DNA of 64,000 nt, from positions 47,393 through 111,392 of the forward strand of contig CBDDKF010000015.1 in NCBI GenBank assembly GCA_965230015.1. The letters are read 5' to 3'. The notes under the pieces were generated by a model that worked only from the letters and a program-made list of their open reading frames with translations, had not been told where the DNA came from and searched no databases. The position numbers and the translations under genes were made by a program. The DNA is from Ilumatobacteraceae bacterium. GTDB taxonomy: Bacteria; Actinomycetota; Acidimicrobiia; Acidimicrobiales; Ilumatobacteraceae. Shown piece by piece: positions 53,695 through 63,773 of this stretch (positions within the stretch are counted from its first letter, which is position 1; the number at the start of each line of letters is the position of its first letter).

Positions 53695-54566
53695 CCCTCG
53701 CGCATCCGATCATCTCGGTCACCGGCTCGTCCGGCGCGGGGACCACCACCGTCAAACACACCTTCGACCAGATCTTCCGACGCGAGGGCGTGTGCGCTGC
53801 AGCGATCGAAGGCGACGCCTTCCACCGCTACGACCGCGCCGGCATGCGCGCGGCCATCGCCGAACGGGAAGCAAACGGTCAGCACAGCTTCAGCCACTTC
53901 GGACCCGACGCCAACTTGCTCGACGAGCTCGAGCACACGTTCGCCGCCTACGGCCGCGACGGCGGCGGACGGACGCGCCACTACGTGCACGACGACGCCG
54001 AAGCCGAACGCTACGGATGCTCGCCCGGAACGTTCACCGACTGGGAGCCGTTGCCACCCAACACCGATGTGCTGTTCTACGAGGGGCTGCACGGGGCCGC
54101 GGTGACGCCCAGCGCCGACATCGCCGGCCACGTCGACTTGAAGATCGGGGTGGTTCCGGTGGTCAACCTCGAGTGGATCCAGAAGGTCCACCGCGACTCT
54201 GCCACCCGCGGCTACTCGGCCGAGGCGGTCACCGACACGATCCTGCGACGGATGCCCGACTACGTGAACCACATCTGTCCGCAGTTCACGCGCACCGACA
54301 TCAACTTCCAGCGGGTCCCGGTGGTCGATACCTCGAACCCGTTCATCTCGCGCTACATCCCGACCGCCGACGAGTCGCTCGTGGTCATCCGCTTTCGCGA
54401 CGCCGTGGGCATCGACTTCTCGTACCTCTTGACGATGCTCCACGACAGCTTCATGTCGCGGGCCAACTCGATCGTCATCCCTGGCGGGAAGCTCGACCTG
54501 GCGATGCAGCTGATCCTCACGCCGATGATCGACCGCCTGATCGAACGACGCCGCCGCGCTGCCTGA
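53691..54566 (+). CDS. prk: Phosphoribulokinase
   Basis: P-loop [13 protein letters not shown], then [32 protein letters not shown] and [13 protein letters not shown] are typical of bacterial class I PRK. Confidence 0.9.
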   Translation: MTLAHPIISVTGSSGAGTTTVKHTFDQIFRREGVCAAAIEGDAFHRYDRAGMRAAIAEREANGQHSFSHFGPDANLLDELEHTFAAYGRDGGGRTRHYVHDDAEAERYGCSPGTFTDWEPLPPNTDVLFYEGLHGAAVTPSADIAGHVDLKIGVVPVVNLEWIQKVHRDSATRGYSAEAVTDTILRRMPDYVNHICPQFTRTDINFQRVPVVDTSNPFISRYIPTADESLVVIRFRDAVGIDFSYLLTMLHDSFMSRANSIVIPGGKLDLAMQLILTPMIDRLIERRRRAA

Positions 54567-54657
54567 GACGTCTTCGCCGCACCACCTACCCGCACGAGCC
54601 GCTGAACGCTTTCACTCAACCGAATCCAGACCGACAACATCAGAAGGGACCGAACCG

Positions 54658-56064
54658 ATGAGTTACGACGCCGGGGTCAAGGAGTACCGCCAGACCTACT
54701 GGGACCCCGACTACGAGCCACGCGACACCGACCTGCTCGCCTGCTTCAAGATCACGCCGCAAGCCGGCGTCGATCGCGAAGAGGCCGCGGCCGCGGTCGC
54801 CGCCGAGAGCTCCACGGGCACGTGGACCACGGTGTGGACCGACCTGCTCACCGACCTCGACTACTACAAGGGTCGGGCGTACCGCATCGAGGACGTGCCT
54901 GGCGACGAGGAACGGTTCTACGCCTTCGTCGCCTACCCGATCGACCTGTTCGAAGAGGGGTCGATCGTCAACGTGTTGACGTCGCTGGTCGGCAACGTGT
55001 TCGGCTTCAAGGCGATTCGCGCGCTCCGGCTGGAAGACATCCGCTTCCCGCTGCACTACGTGATGACGTGTGGCGGACCGCCCAACGGTATCCGGGTGGA
55101 ACGCGACAAGCTCGACAAGTACGGACGTCCGCTGCTCGGGTGCACGATCAAACCCAAGCTCGGACTGTCGGCGAAGAACTACGGCCGCGCGGTCTACGAG
55201 TGCCTACGCGGTGGCCTCGACTTCACCAAGGACGACGAGAACGTCAACAGCCAGCCGTTCATGCGTTGGCGCGACCGGTTCGAGTTCGTCGCTGCCGCGG
55301 TGAAGCAGGCCGAGGCCGAGACCGGCGAGCGCAAGGGCCACTACCTCAACGTGACCGCGCCGACCGTCGAGGACATGTACGAACGCGCCGAGTTCGCCAA
55401 GTCGCTCGACATGCCGATCATCATGCACGACTACCTCACCGCCGGGTTCAGCGCGAACACGTCGCTGGCCAACTGGTGTCGCCGCAACGGGATGCTCTTG
55501 CACATCCACCGGGCGATGCATGCGGTGATCGACCGCAACCCGCACCACGGCATCCACTTCCGCGTGCTCACCAAGTGTCTGCGCCTGTCGGGTGGCGACC
55601 ACCTGCACTCGGGCACCGTCGTCGGCAAGTTGGAAGGCGACCGCCAGGCCACACTCGGGTGGATCGACCTAATGCGCGAACGCTTCGTGCCGGAAGACCG
55701 CAGCCGCGGCATCTTCTTCGATCAGGACTTCGGGCACATGCCGGCGATGTTCCCGGTGGCCTCCGGCGGTATCCACGTCTGGCACGTCCCCGCACTGGTC
55801 TCGATCTTCGGCGACGACGCGGTGATGCAGTTCGGCGGCGGCACGCTCGGACACCCGTGGGGCAACGCGGCCGGCGCAACGGCCAACCGCGTGGCGGTCG
55901 AAGCCTGCGTGCGGGCCCGCAACGAGGGACGCCAGCTCGAACTCGAATCGCACGAGATCATGACCGACGCCGCCCGCCACAGCCCCGAGCTGGCCGCCGC
56001 GCTCGAGACGTGGAAAGAAGTCCGCTTCGACTTCGACGTCGTCGACAAGTTGGCGCCCACCTGA
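54658..56064 (+). CDS. cbbL: RuBisCO form I large subunit
   Basis: [75 protein letters not shown] and [12 protein letters not shown]. Confidence 0.95.
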   Translation: MSYDAGVKEYRQTYWDPDYEPRDTDLLACFKITPQAGVDREEAAAAVAAESSTGTWTTVWTDLLTDLDYYKGRAYRIEDVPGDEERFYAFVAYPIDLFEEGSIVNVLTSLVGNVFGFKAIRALRLEDIRFPLHYVMTCGGPPNGIRVERDKLDKYGRPLLGCTIKPKLGLSAKNYGRAVYECLRGGLDFTKDDENVNSQPFMRWRDRFEFVAAAVKQAEAETGERKGHYLNVTAPTVEDMYERAEFAKSLDMPIIMHDYLTAGFSANTSLANWCRRNGMLLHIHRAMHAVIDRNPHHGIHFRVLTKCLRLSGGDHLHSGTVVGKLEGDRQATLGWIDLMRERFVPEDRSRGIFFDQDFGHMPAMFPVASGGIHVWHVPALVSIFGDDAVMQFGGGTLGHPWGNAAGATANRVAVEACVRARNEGRQLELESHEIMTDAARHSPELAAALETWKEVRFDFDVVDKLAPT

Positions 56065-56141
56065 GACCTTCTGTGCCCGACCACCCTGACCACTCACTCC
56101 CCGACCATTGACACCCATGTCCCGCTTCCGGAGGTTGCGCA

Positions 56142-56510
56142 ATGACCATCAACACCGCTCCCGACCACCTTGCCGCCGACGCCGACGGCCAACGCTTCGG
56201 CACCTTCTCGTACCTGCCCGCCATGGACTCGGAGCAGCTCCGTGCCCAGATCCAACATCTCGTCACGATCGATCTCGACCCCGCCATCGAACACACCTCC
56301 GTCGAACCCAACGCGGCAGGCCGCGCCGGTGAGCGGTTTTGGCAGATGTGGCATCTACCGTTCTTCGGCGAACGCGACGTCGACGCCATCGAGAGCGCGA
56401 TCGAGACCTGTCGCCTGGCGTATCCCGGCGACGTGATCCGCCTGATCGGCTACGACAAGCTGCGTCAGACCCAGGCCGCGGCGTTCGTGGTGCACGACCC
56501 GCACCGATGA
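56142..56510 (+). CDS. cbbS: RuBisCO small subunit
   Basis: TFSYLP…, WQMWHLPFFG and VIRLIGYD are small-subunit hallmarks. It lies immediately after cbbL. Confidence 0.9.
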   Translation: MTINTAPDHLAADADGQRFGTFSYLPAMDSEQLRAQIQHLVTIDLDPAIEHTSVEPNAAGRAGERFWQMWHLPFFGERDVDAIESAIETCRLAYPGDVIRLIGYDKLRQTQAAAFVVHDPHR

Positions 56511-56543
56511 ACCCTCGAACAGGGATCTGAGTACGGTGACCGC

Positions 56544-56897
56544 ATGCACGAGCTGTCGATCTGCACGTCGCTGGCAGCGATCGTCGCCGAGCATGCCGAC
56601 GGCCGGCCCGTGGAGCGTGTGCATCTCGACATCGGTCACCTGCGCCAGGTGATCCCCGACACGTTGCGCTATTCGTGGGACATCGTGGCCACCGATCCGC
56701 CGCTCACCGGGTCGAAGCTGGTGATCAACCACATCCCGGCGGTGCTCGCGTGCAACGACTGCGGCGCGGAGACGACCATCGAGCACCCGGTGTTTCGCTG
56801 CGCCAGTTGCGGCTCGACCAACACCGAGGTGCAGAGTGGTCGCGAGCTACTGGTGCGCTCACTGGAACTGGCCGACGACGCCCCGGTAGGGAGGTAG
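56544..56897 (+). CDS. hypA: Hydrogenase nickel-insertion protein HypA
   Basis: N-terminal MHELSI, and zinc motifs CNDCG…CASCG. Confidence 0.9.
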   Translation: MHELSICTSLAAIVAEHADGRPVERVHLDIGHLRQVIPDTLRYSWDIVATDPPLTGSKLVINHIPAVLACNDCGAETTIEHPVFRCASCGSTNTEVQSGRELLVRSLELADDAPVGR

Positions 56898-56899
56898 CG

Positions 56900-57667
56900 A
56901 TGGGACGATTTCACCCACACGGCGATCACGACCATCACCATCACGACGAACACGCCCACGATCACGAGCACCGGGATGTCGGCGATCACAGCGGCTACGC
57001 CACCGGTGGTGTACGGGTCGAGGTGCTCGAAGAGATCCTCGGCGAGAACGAGCGCACGGCGGCTGCCAACCGTGACGACTTCGCGGCGCACGGCGTACGC
57101 GTGATCAACGTGATGTCGTCACCCGGCGCCGGAAAGACGTCGCTGTTGCGTGAGGTGTTCATCCGCTCGGGTGAGCGCACGCGCTTCGGCGTGGTCGAGG
57201 GCGACATCGAGACAGCGATCGATGCCGACCGACTCGCCGAGACCGGCGTCGCGGTGTCGCTGGTCAATACCGCTAATGGTTTCGGCGGCGAGTGCCATCT
57301 CGATGCCACGATGGTCCGCTCGGCGCTGCCTCGTCTGTCGCTGCCCGACCTCGACGTGGTGATCATCGAGAACGTCGGCAACCTCGTGTGTCCCGCCGAG
57401 TTCGACGTCGGCGAGCACGCCCGCCTCATGGTGTTCTCGGTCACCGAGGGTGAAGAGAAGCCGCTGAAGTACCCGGTGATGTTCCGCTCGGCCGACGCCA
57501 TCGTGGTCAACAAGACCGATCTCCTCCCCCACCTCGACTTCGACCTCGATCTGTTCTTGCACCACGTCGAATCGGTCCATCCAGGAGTGCCGGTGCTGCA
57601 CACGTCCGCACGCACGGGAGAAGGCGTCGACGCCGTCGTCGACTGGATCACCTCGCCCTCCCAGTAA
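56900..57667 (+). CDS. hypB: Hydrogenase nickel-incorporation GTPase HypB (His-rich N-terminus)
   Basis: HPHGDHDHHHHDEHAHDHEH, P-loop MSSPGAGKTSLL, ENVGNLVCPAEFD, NKTDL. ATG 56900 is 2 nt after the hypA stop. Confidence 0.9.
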   Translation: MGRFHPHGDHDHHHHDEHAHDHEHRDVGDHSGYATGGVRVEVLEEILGENERTAAANRDDFAAHGVRVINVMSSPGAGKTSLLREVFIRSGERTRFGVVEGDIETAIDADRLAETGVAVSLVNTANGFGGECHLDATMVRSALPRLSLPDLDVVIIENVGNLVCPAEFDVGEHARLMVFSVTEGEEKPLKYPVMFRSADAIVVNKTDLLPHLDFDLDLFLHHVESVHPGVPVLHTSARTGEGVDAVVDWITSPSQ

Positions 57668-57668
57668 T

Positions 57669-57720
57669 CGTTTGCGTACAACTCTCGGCGCGACGGGTCG
57701 CGCAGAGTTGCACACAAACG
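57669..57720. repeat. Conserved long hairpin, copy 2 (CGTTTGCGTACAACTCT…AGAGTTGCACACAAACG) at the right edge of the hydrogenase/cbb module
   Basis: Lies between convergent hypB (+) and the OmpR-NB-ARC gene (-). The two arm mismatches are C:A/A:C on the plus strand but G:U wobbles on the minus-strand RNA. The inner stem is GCGCGAC-gg-GTCGCGC. Confidence 0.8.
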
Positions 57721-57733
57721 ACGGAGCACGGGG

Positions 57734-60121
57734 TTAGTGCGCGGCGTCGAGCGCGGCGAGGGCGTGCTCCACCGCCCATCGAACGCTCTGGCCGCTACCG
57801 GTGGCGATCCAAGTAGCCACCGCCGCGGAACCGTTGCGCTGCTCCATGGTGCGCCGCGCCTCGGCGAGGTCGGCGAGCTCGTCACCGTAGGAGTCCGATC
57901 CGGCGCTGGTGTCGAGCGCTCCGAGCAGCTCGCACGCCACCTGATCGCGTTCCAAACGTGCGAGGAGCACCACCACGTTGCGCAACGCCGTGACGACGTG
58001 GGTGACGTCGTGGGTGAATCGGTACTGGCGCAACGCCGGCACGAACGCCGCAACCGCAGCGTCGACGTCGCCGGCCTTCGACAGCGCTGACAAGCGCGTC
58101 ACTTGCGCCACGCTGACCACGAAGCCCGAGCGCACCGACTCACCGACGCGGATCGCCCGCTCGACGGCGACGAGAGCATCGTCGACGTCGCCGGCCGCCA
58201 ACGCCGCCTCGGCATCGGCATAGTCGAGCCACGCCCGAATGGTTGGCGCCAGGTCGCCGATGGGACGGTCGTCGCGCAGCGTCGCACGAGCGCGCTCCAC
58301 GTCGCCCGCGTAGGCCCACGCCAACGAGCTCGAGTTGGCGCCGAGCATCCAGATGAACGGGTCGTCGTGCGAGCGGCCGAGGTCGCGGAGCGCCGCGCCA
58401 TGGACGTGGACCTCATCGAGGTCGCCCTCGTACAGGCCGAGATTGGCGAGCGTGTCGAGCGCACTCGCCCGCACGCGCAGGTCGGTGCTGTGCACGGCCC
58501 GTTCGGCGTGCACCCGGGCATCGACGAGCCGGCCGCGATTCGCCGCGTCGGCGGCGACGGCGGCATGGTGCGCTGACGCGCACGACGGATCGGCGACGAG
58601 CCCGGTCGACCACTCGGCCACCTCGGGCCACTGCCGCTCCTGGGCGTACAGCAACAACGCGGCAGTGAGCTCGGTAGCCAGCTCGGGGTGGTGCTGCCGT
58701 GCCCACCGGTGTGCCACACGCGCATCGGCGACAAGTTCGTCGAGGCGCACGGCCGCCGTTGCTTCGTCGATCGTGCGCAGGCCGCGATCGGCCTCGGCCG
58801 CCACCTCGACGACCCATGCGGCATGGCGCGACTCGAGGTCGGCCGACCGTTGGGGAGCGACAACGGCGCGGACCGTGTCGAGCAGCCGATAGCGCGTCGG
58901 CACGTGTGACGTGTCGGTGACGATCAACGAGTGCTCGATCAGCTCGGCCAACGAGCCCAGACCGCGCACCTGTTGGTCGACCGGGGCGACGGCAGCGATG
59001 TCGTCGAGACGAGCGGGTCCAGCGAACGCCGACACCGTGACCAACAGCGAGTTCGCGTCGGGGCTCAACAACGGCAACGACCACTCGACGAGGGCACGCA
59101 GCGTTTGGTGGCGAGCCTCACGACCGCGTGTCGGCGACTGCAGCAGGTCGAGGCCATCGGCGAGATGCTCGACGAGCTCGCGGGGTCCGAACATCGGCAG
59201 CCGGGCAGCAGCCATCTCGATCCCGAGCGGGAGATGGTCGACCATCTCGAGCAGCCGTCGTATCGAATCGTCGTCGTCGGGCCAGACGTAGGCCGAGTTG
59301 ATGCGCTCGACCGACGTCCGCAGCAGCTCGACCGCCGGGGCGACCGCGAGTGGGGCGACAGGCTGTACTCGTTCGCTGGCGACGCCGAGGCGCTCGCGGC
59401 TCGTCGCCACGATGGCCACATCGCCGCCGCGCTCGTCGATCGCCGCAACGAGCCGCGCCACTTCGTCGATCACATGCTCACAGTTGTCGAGCACCACGAG
59501 CGCATCGAGCGCGGCGACGGCCGACACCAACGACGTCTCGTCGGTCCCCGCGTGAGCGAGCTCGAGATCGAGGCGGAGGGCGTGAACGACCTCGTGCGGG
59601 TCGCGCAGTCGGCCCAAGCGCACCACGAACACGCCGTCGCGGTGTCGGTCACCACGCACCCGCCCGATCTCCAATGCCAGCGTGGTCTTGCCGACACCGC
59701 CCGGACCGACGAGGGTGAGCAACCAGTCGGTTTCGAGCAGCGCCACCGCCGCCGCGAGGTCGTCACCGCGGCCGACCAGCGACGAAGCCGGAGTGCCACG
59801 ACGTTGCGCCGCCGCATCAGGCTGCAACTCGGCGATGAAGCGGTAGCCACGGCCGCGTACGTTCTTGATCACCTGCTGGCGGGAGCCATCGTCGCCGACC
59901 GCCCGTCGCACCTCTTTGATGCGCGTGGTCAGCGCCGCGTCCGACACGAACTGGTCGCCCCACACCGCGTCGAATATCTCGTGCTTCGGCACCACCCGCT
60001 GCCGCTCGGCGAACAAGAAGGCCAAGAGATCAAACGCTTGCGGTTCGAGGTGCTGCGGCTCGCCGTCGAGGTGAACCCGACGACCGTCGATGTCGAGCGT
60101 CACCGCGCCGAACTGCACCAT
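57734..60121 (-). CDS. OmpR/PhoB-type winged-helix + NB-ARC/AAA ATPase + TPR-like regulator (AfsR-like, no receiver domain)
   Basis: LEPQAFDLLAFLFAERQRVVPKHEIFDAVWG…IKNVRGRGYRF (trans_reg_C). Walker A is LVGPGGVGKTTLAL. LVVLDNCEHV. Long helical C-terminus. Confidence 0.8.
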   Translation of the reverse strand: MVQFGAVTLDIDGRRVHLDGEPQHLEPQAFDLLAFLFAERQRVVPKHEIFDAVWGDQFVSDAALTTRIKEVRRAVGDDGSRQQVIKNVRGRGYRFIAELQPDAAAQRRGTPASSLVGRGDDLAAAVALLETDWLLTLVGPGGVGKTTLALEIGRVRGDRHRDGVFVVRLGRLRDPHEVVHALRLDLELAHAGTDETSLVSAVAALDALVVLDNCEHVIDEVARLVAAIDERGGDVAIVATSRERLGVASERVQPVAPLAVAPAVELLRTSVERINSAYVWPDDDDSIRRLLEMVDHLPLGIEMAAARLPMFGPRELVEHLADGLDLLQSPTRGREARHQTLRALVEWSLPLLSPDANSLLVTVSAFAGPARLDDIAAVAPVDQQVRGLGSLAELIEHSLIVTDTSHVPTRYRLLDTVRAVVAPQRSADLESRHAAWVVEVAAEADRGLRTIDEATAAVRLDELVADARVAHRWARQHHPELATELTAALLLYAQERQWPEVAEWSTGLVADPSCASAHHAAVAADAANRGRLVDARVHAERAVHSTDLRVRASALDTLANLGLYEGDLDEVHVHGAALRDLGRSHDDPFIWMLGANSSSLAWAYAGDVERARATLRDDRPIGDLAPTIRAWLDYADAEAALAAGDVDDALVAVERAIRVGESVRSGFVVSVAQVTRLSALSKAGDVDAAVAAFVPALRQYRFTHDVTHVVTALRNVVVLLARLERDQVACELLGALDTSAGSDSYGDELADLAEARRTMEQRNGSAAVATWIATGSGQSVRWAVEHALAALDAAH

Positions 60122-60197
60122 CGGCTCCAGTCTGCCGCCCCAGCGCCCTCACCCTGCGCCGCGTTCCTCCCGCGCGTTCCTCAGGGAGTCTGCAGCT

Positions 60198-60225
60198 GAT
60201 CCTCAAGCTTCTCGACCTGAGGATC
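60198..60225. promoter_or_regulatory. Inverted repeat GATCCTCA-n12-TGAGGATC upstream of the PhyH gene
   Basis: 8-bp arms read directly. The direct repeat CGCGTTCCTC x2 is at about 60160-60181, in the same divergent gap. Confidence 0.35.
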
Positions 60226-60285
60226 CTCATGATCGCTCGGGCCACATCGGCGGCGCATCGCCGACCGAGCACAGGAGCCCACTCG

Positions 60286-61158
60286 ATGTCCACCACCATC
60301 ACACACTCGATTCCCCATCTCCCCAAGTCGGCGAGCGCCGCCGACATCAACACCGCCATCGACGAACACGGCGTGGTCGTGATCGACCGATTGTTCGACC
60401 GCTCGCTCATCGAGCGCGTCAATCACGACCTCACGCCGTGGATGTCGGCGACCGCGCCTGGCAGTCGAAGCGGCGACCCGGAGTGGGAGCTGTTCCACGG
60501 CAACAACACGATTCGCGTGAACGGCATCGCGTCGAAGACGGCCGAGTTCACCACCGTGGGCTTGCATCCGTCGATCCTCGGCGCAGCCGATCGGCGGTTG
60601 ATCCCCGACGGCGGGTCGATCCAGATCAGCGACACCCAGGTCATATCGATCGGCCCGGGCGAGCCGGCGCAGTACCTCCACCGCGATCAGAGCGGATGGC
60701 CGTGGTTCAACCAACTGCTCCCCGACGGGCCGGAGATCATCGTGATCGCCATGGTGGCGTTGACCGACTGCACCGAGCGCAACGGCGCGACGCGCGTCGT
60801 GCCGGGTAGCCACCGCCAGGCCGACCATCCCGAGCTGTTCGAGGCGGCCAACAGCGTTCCCGCCGAGATGAATGCCGGCTCGGTGCTGTTGTTCAGCGGC
60901 AAGACGATTCACGGTGGCGGCGCCAACCACACGACTGACGAATGGCGCAGCGCACTGCACCTGAGCTACCTGCTCGGCTGGCTGCGCGCCGAAGAGGCGC
61001 ACGCCTTCACCATCCCTCACGCCACTGCGGCCGCGCTCCCCCGTCGAGCCAAAGAGCTCCTCGGGTTCGCCGAGTACAACCCGGCGCCCAACGACGGCGG
61101 CCGCTTGTGGCTCGTCGACTTCGAAGACCCCGCCGAGCTGTTCACGCCCGCGAGCTGA
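60286..61158 (+). CDS. Phytanoyl-CoA dioxygenase (PhyH) family Fe(II)/2-oxoglutarate oxygenase
   Basis: QYLHRDQ (His-x-Asp), ATRVVPGSH, TIHGGGANHT… are consistent with the PhyH fold. ATG 60286 (MSTTITH). Confidence 0.65.
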   Translation: MSTTITHSIPHLPKSASAADINTAIDEHGVVVIDRLFDRSLIERVNHDLTPWMSATAPGSRSGDPEWELFHGNNTIRVNGIASKTAEFTTVGLHPSILGAADRRLIPDGGSIQISDTQVISIGPGEPAQYLHRDQSGWPWFNQLLPDGPEIIVIAMVALTDCTERNGATRVVPGSHRQADHPELFEAANSVPAEMNAGSVLLFSGKTIHGGGANHTTDEWRSALHLSYLLGWLRAEEAHAFTIPHATAAALPRRAKELLGFAEYNPAPNDGGRLWLVDFEDPAELFTPAS

Positions 61159-61198
61159 GCCACCACGTCCCACGCAGATCCACCCGAAAGGAACCACC

Positions 61199-62341
61199 AT
61201 GACCACCCTGATCGATCCCATCGACACCACCGACAACACGGGCCCCACCGGCACCCCCACCGACACAGCGCCCACCGACGACGTCATCGCCGCCTTCGCC
61301 GACCGCGCCTTCGGCGACTTCCTCGGCGCGATGAACACCTATGCGATCACGATCGGGACGCGCCTCGGCTGGTACGACGCGCTCGCCGATGCCGACACGC
61401 TGAATAGCGCCGAGCTGGCATCTGCCACCGATACCGACGAGCGGTACGCCCGCGAGTGGCTCGAACAGCAGACGGTCGTCGGCACCCTCGAGGTGATCGA
61501 TCCGACGGTCGCCCCGACCGCCCGCAGGTACCGGCTCCCGGCGGCCCACGCCGCGGTGCTCGCCGACACCGAATCGCTCGCCTTCATGGCCCCGTTCGCC
61601 AGTGCGGTGTCGACGTTCGGTAGTCACCTCGACCAGCTGATCGAGGCCTACCGCACGGGCGACGGGTTCGGCTGGCACGACCACGGCGACGGCGCACGCT
61701 GTGGCCAAGCGGCCGGCAATCGGGCGATGTTCCTCCAGCAACTCGGACCGGAGTACCTCGCATCGATTCCCGACGTTGCGGCCGCACTCGACGCGGGTGC
61801 CCGCGTCGCCGACGTTGGCTGCGGGCTCGGGTGGTCGTCGATCGGCATCGCCCAGGCGTACCCCAACACCACCGTCGACGGCTACGACATCGATGTTCCC
61901 TCGATCGACATGGCCCGCCAAGAGGCGGTGAACCATGGCCTCGACGAACGGGTGCGGTACTTCGCCGGCGACGCGGCCGACGCGACGGCTAGCGACTACG
62001 ACCTCGTGCTCGCGCTGGAGTGCATTCACGACATGCCCGATCCGGTGTCGGTGCTCACCACGATGCGCAAGATGGCCGCCGACGACGGCGCCGTCATCGT
62101 GATGGACGAGAAGGTCGGCGACGTGTTCACCGGTGAGCCCGACCCGATCGAGCAACTGATGTACGGCTTCAGCCTGATCTGTTGCCTGCCCGACGGGCGC
62201 AGCGCCCCCGAGTCGGTGGCCACCGGCACCGTGATGCGCCTGCCGACGTTCGAGGGTTACGCCCGCGACGCCGGTTTCACCTCGGTTGAGGTGCTGCCCA
62301 TCGAGCACGACATGTTCCGCTTCTACCGCCTCCACCCGTAA
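61199..62341 (+). CDS. Class I SAM-dependent methyltransferase with an N-terminal helical/wHTH-like domain
   Basis: SAM motif I is VADVGCGLGWSSIGIA. Acidic loop is VDGYDID, followed by LVLALECIHDM. Confidence 0.7.
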   Translation: MTTLIDPIDTTDNTGPTGTPTDTAPTDDVIAAFADRAFGDFLGAMNTYAITIGTRLGWYDALADADTLNSAELASATDTDERYAREWLEQQTVVGTLEVIDPTVAPTARRYRLPAAHAAVLADTESLAFMAPFASAVSTFGSHLDQLIEAYRTGDGFGWHDHGDGARCGQAAGNRAMFLQQLGPEYLASIPDVAAALDAGARVADVGCGLGWSSIGIAQAYPNTTVDGYDIDVPSIDMARQEAVNHGLDERVRYFAGDAADATASDYDLVLALECIHDMPDPVSVLTTMRKMAADDGAVIVMDEKVGDVFTGEPDPIEQLMYGFSLICCLPDGRSAPESVATGTVMRLPTFEGYARDAGFTSVEVLPIEHDMFRFYRLHP

Positions 62342-62359
62342 CACCTCGTTTGTGTGCTT

Positions 62360-62410
62360 GTTTGTGTGTGACTTTTGGGCGGACCGGTCCGCCCAAAGTC
62401 GCACGCAAAC
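62360..62410. repeat. Conserved long hairpin, copy 3 (GTTTGTGTGTGACTTTTGGGCGGACC / GGTCCGCCCAAAGTCGCACGCAAAC)
   Basis: About 25-bp stem with the same outer GTTTG(C/T)GTG…CAC(G/A)CAAAC ends as copies 1 and 2. An extra half-arm, CGTTTGTGTGC, is at 62347-62357. It lies between the methyltransferase and MFS genes. Confidence 0.8.
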
Positions 62411-62438
62411 GTCAGGGGTGCCGCCGTAGGGTGCCGGG

Positions 62439-63761
62439 GTGCAGGCGGGACGTTGGCCGTTCGATCCGCGACGGGTCGGCTTCTACTACGGGTGGGTGAT
62501 CCTCGTCGCCGCCACGATCGGGGCGGTCGCCTCGATCCCCGGCCAAACCGCCGGGGTCAGCGTGTTCACCGACGACCTCAGCGACACCACCGGGTTGACC
62601 CGCCTGCAACTGTCGATCGCCTACCTCGTGGGCACCGGCTCGAGCGGGCTGCTGCTCGGCTATGGCGGCACGGCGATCGATCGCTACGGATCGCGCGTGG
62701 TCGCGTTCGTGGCCACGATCGGGCTGGCGGCGACCACCTTGGCGCTCAGCTTCATCGGCCCGATGGGCACCGTTGTCGGGCTGGTGGTGATGAGCCTGGG
62801 GTTCGGTGCGCTGCGCTTCACGGGCCAGGGCCTGTTGACACTGGCATCGCGCACCATGCTCGCCCAGTGGTTCGATCGCCGTCGCGGTTTGGTCAGCTCG
62901 ATCTCGACGTCGATCGTCAGCTTCTCGTTTGCCGCGTCACCTGCGCTGTTGTTCGCATTGATCGAGATCGACGGATTCCGCACGGCGTGGCGGTTGATCG
63001 CCATCGGGCTGGTGCTGATCGTGGGAACGATCATCGTGGTGCTCTTTCGGGTGAGCCCCGAAGCGTCGGGATTGGTGATCGACGGTGGCGCCGCACCCGA
63101 CTCGCACGACGATCGGCCGACGGTGATCGGTACCGACGACGATGCGACGCGCGACGAGGCGGTGCGCGATGTCCGCTTCTGGGCGCTGTCGCTGCCGGTG
63201 GTTGCGCTGGCATCCACGGCGACGGCGTTGACGTTCCACATCGTCGACATCGGCACCGAGCAGGGGCTCGATGAAGCAACGATCGTGCGGGTGTTCGTGC
63301 CGATCGCCTTCGTCAGCGTGCCGATCACGTTGCTCACCGGTTGGATGATCGACCGAGTGTCGCCGTTGGTAATCGCTGCCGCCATGGCGGTTGCCCAGCT
63401 GGTGATGTACCTCACCTTCGGCCATCTCGACGCACCGATCACCTTCGCCCTGGCGGTCGCCGGATGGGGCATCGCCCAAGGGTGTTTCTCGTCGTTGACC
63501 TCGGCTGCGATCCCGCGTGTGTTCGGGCGCCGCCACTTGGGCTCGATCGCCGGCGTGCAGATGAGCGCGATGGTCGTTGGGAGCGCGATCGGCCCGGCGT
63601 TGTTTGCGTTGTCGCGCTCGTTGACCGACAGCTATCGGCCGGCGTTGTGGACGTCGACGCTGATCCCCTTGGCGTCGTTGGCGCTCATCGCGATGTCGTG
63701 GCCGAAACGCGACGGCGGTGTCCGTACCGAGTCGAGCGACGCGGTTGCGCAACCGTCGTAG
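62439..63761 (+). CDS. MFS transporter
   Basis: About 12 hydrophobic segments, with the loop 2-3 motif [16 protein letters not shown] start. Confidence 0.8.
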   Translation: MQAGRWPFDPRRVGFYYGWVILVAATIGAVASIPGQTAGVSVFTDDLSDTTGLTRLQLSIAYLVGTGSSGLLLGYGGTAIDRYGSRVVAFVATIGLAATTLALSFIGPMGTVVGLVVMSLGFGALRFTGQGLLTLASRTMLAQWFDRRRGLVSSISTSIVSFSFAASPALLFALIEIDGFRTAWRLIAIGLVLIVGTIIVVLFRVSPEASGLVIDGGAAPDSHDDRPTVIGTDDDATRDEAVRDVRFWALSLPVVALASTATALTFHIVDIGTEQGLDEATIVRVFVPIAFVSVPITLLTGWMIDRVSPLVIAAAMAVAQLVMYLTFGHLDAPITFALAVAGWGIAQGCFSSLTSAAIPRVFGRRHLGSIAGVQMSAMVVGSAIGPALFALSRSLTDSYRPALWTSTLIPLASLALIAMSWPKRDGGVRTESSDAVAQPS

Positions 63762-63773
63762 ACGGAGCGTCCA

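Noticed and set aside
54658-56510. Assigning a precise RuBisCO subform (IA/IC/IE), or inferring carboxysomes or an activase.
   Set aside because: A subform cannot be decided without a phylogeny. No carboxysome shell, cbbX or cbbQ/O genes are present in the window, and their absence here says nothing about the rest of the genome.
38483-57720. Calling the hydrogenase/cbb module a mobile genomic island.
   Set aside because: The window contains no integrase, transposase, tRNA attachment site or direct target duplications. The flanking hairpins are suggestive only, so this is reported as a hypothesis rather than annotated as a mobile element.
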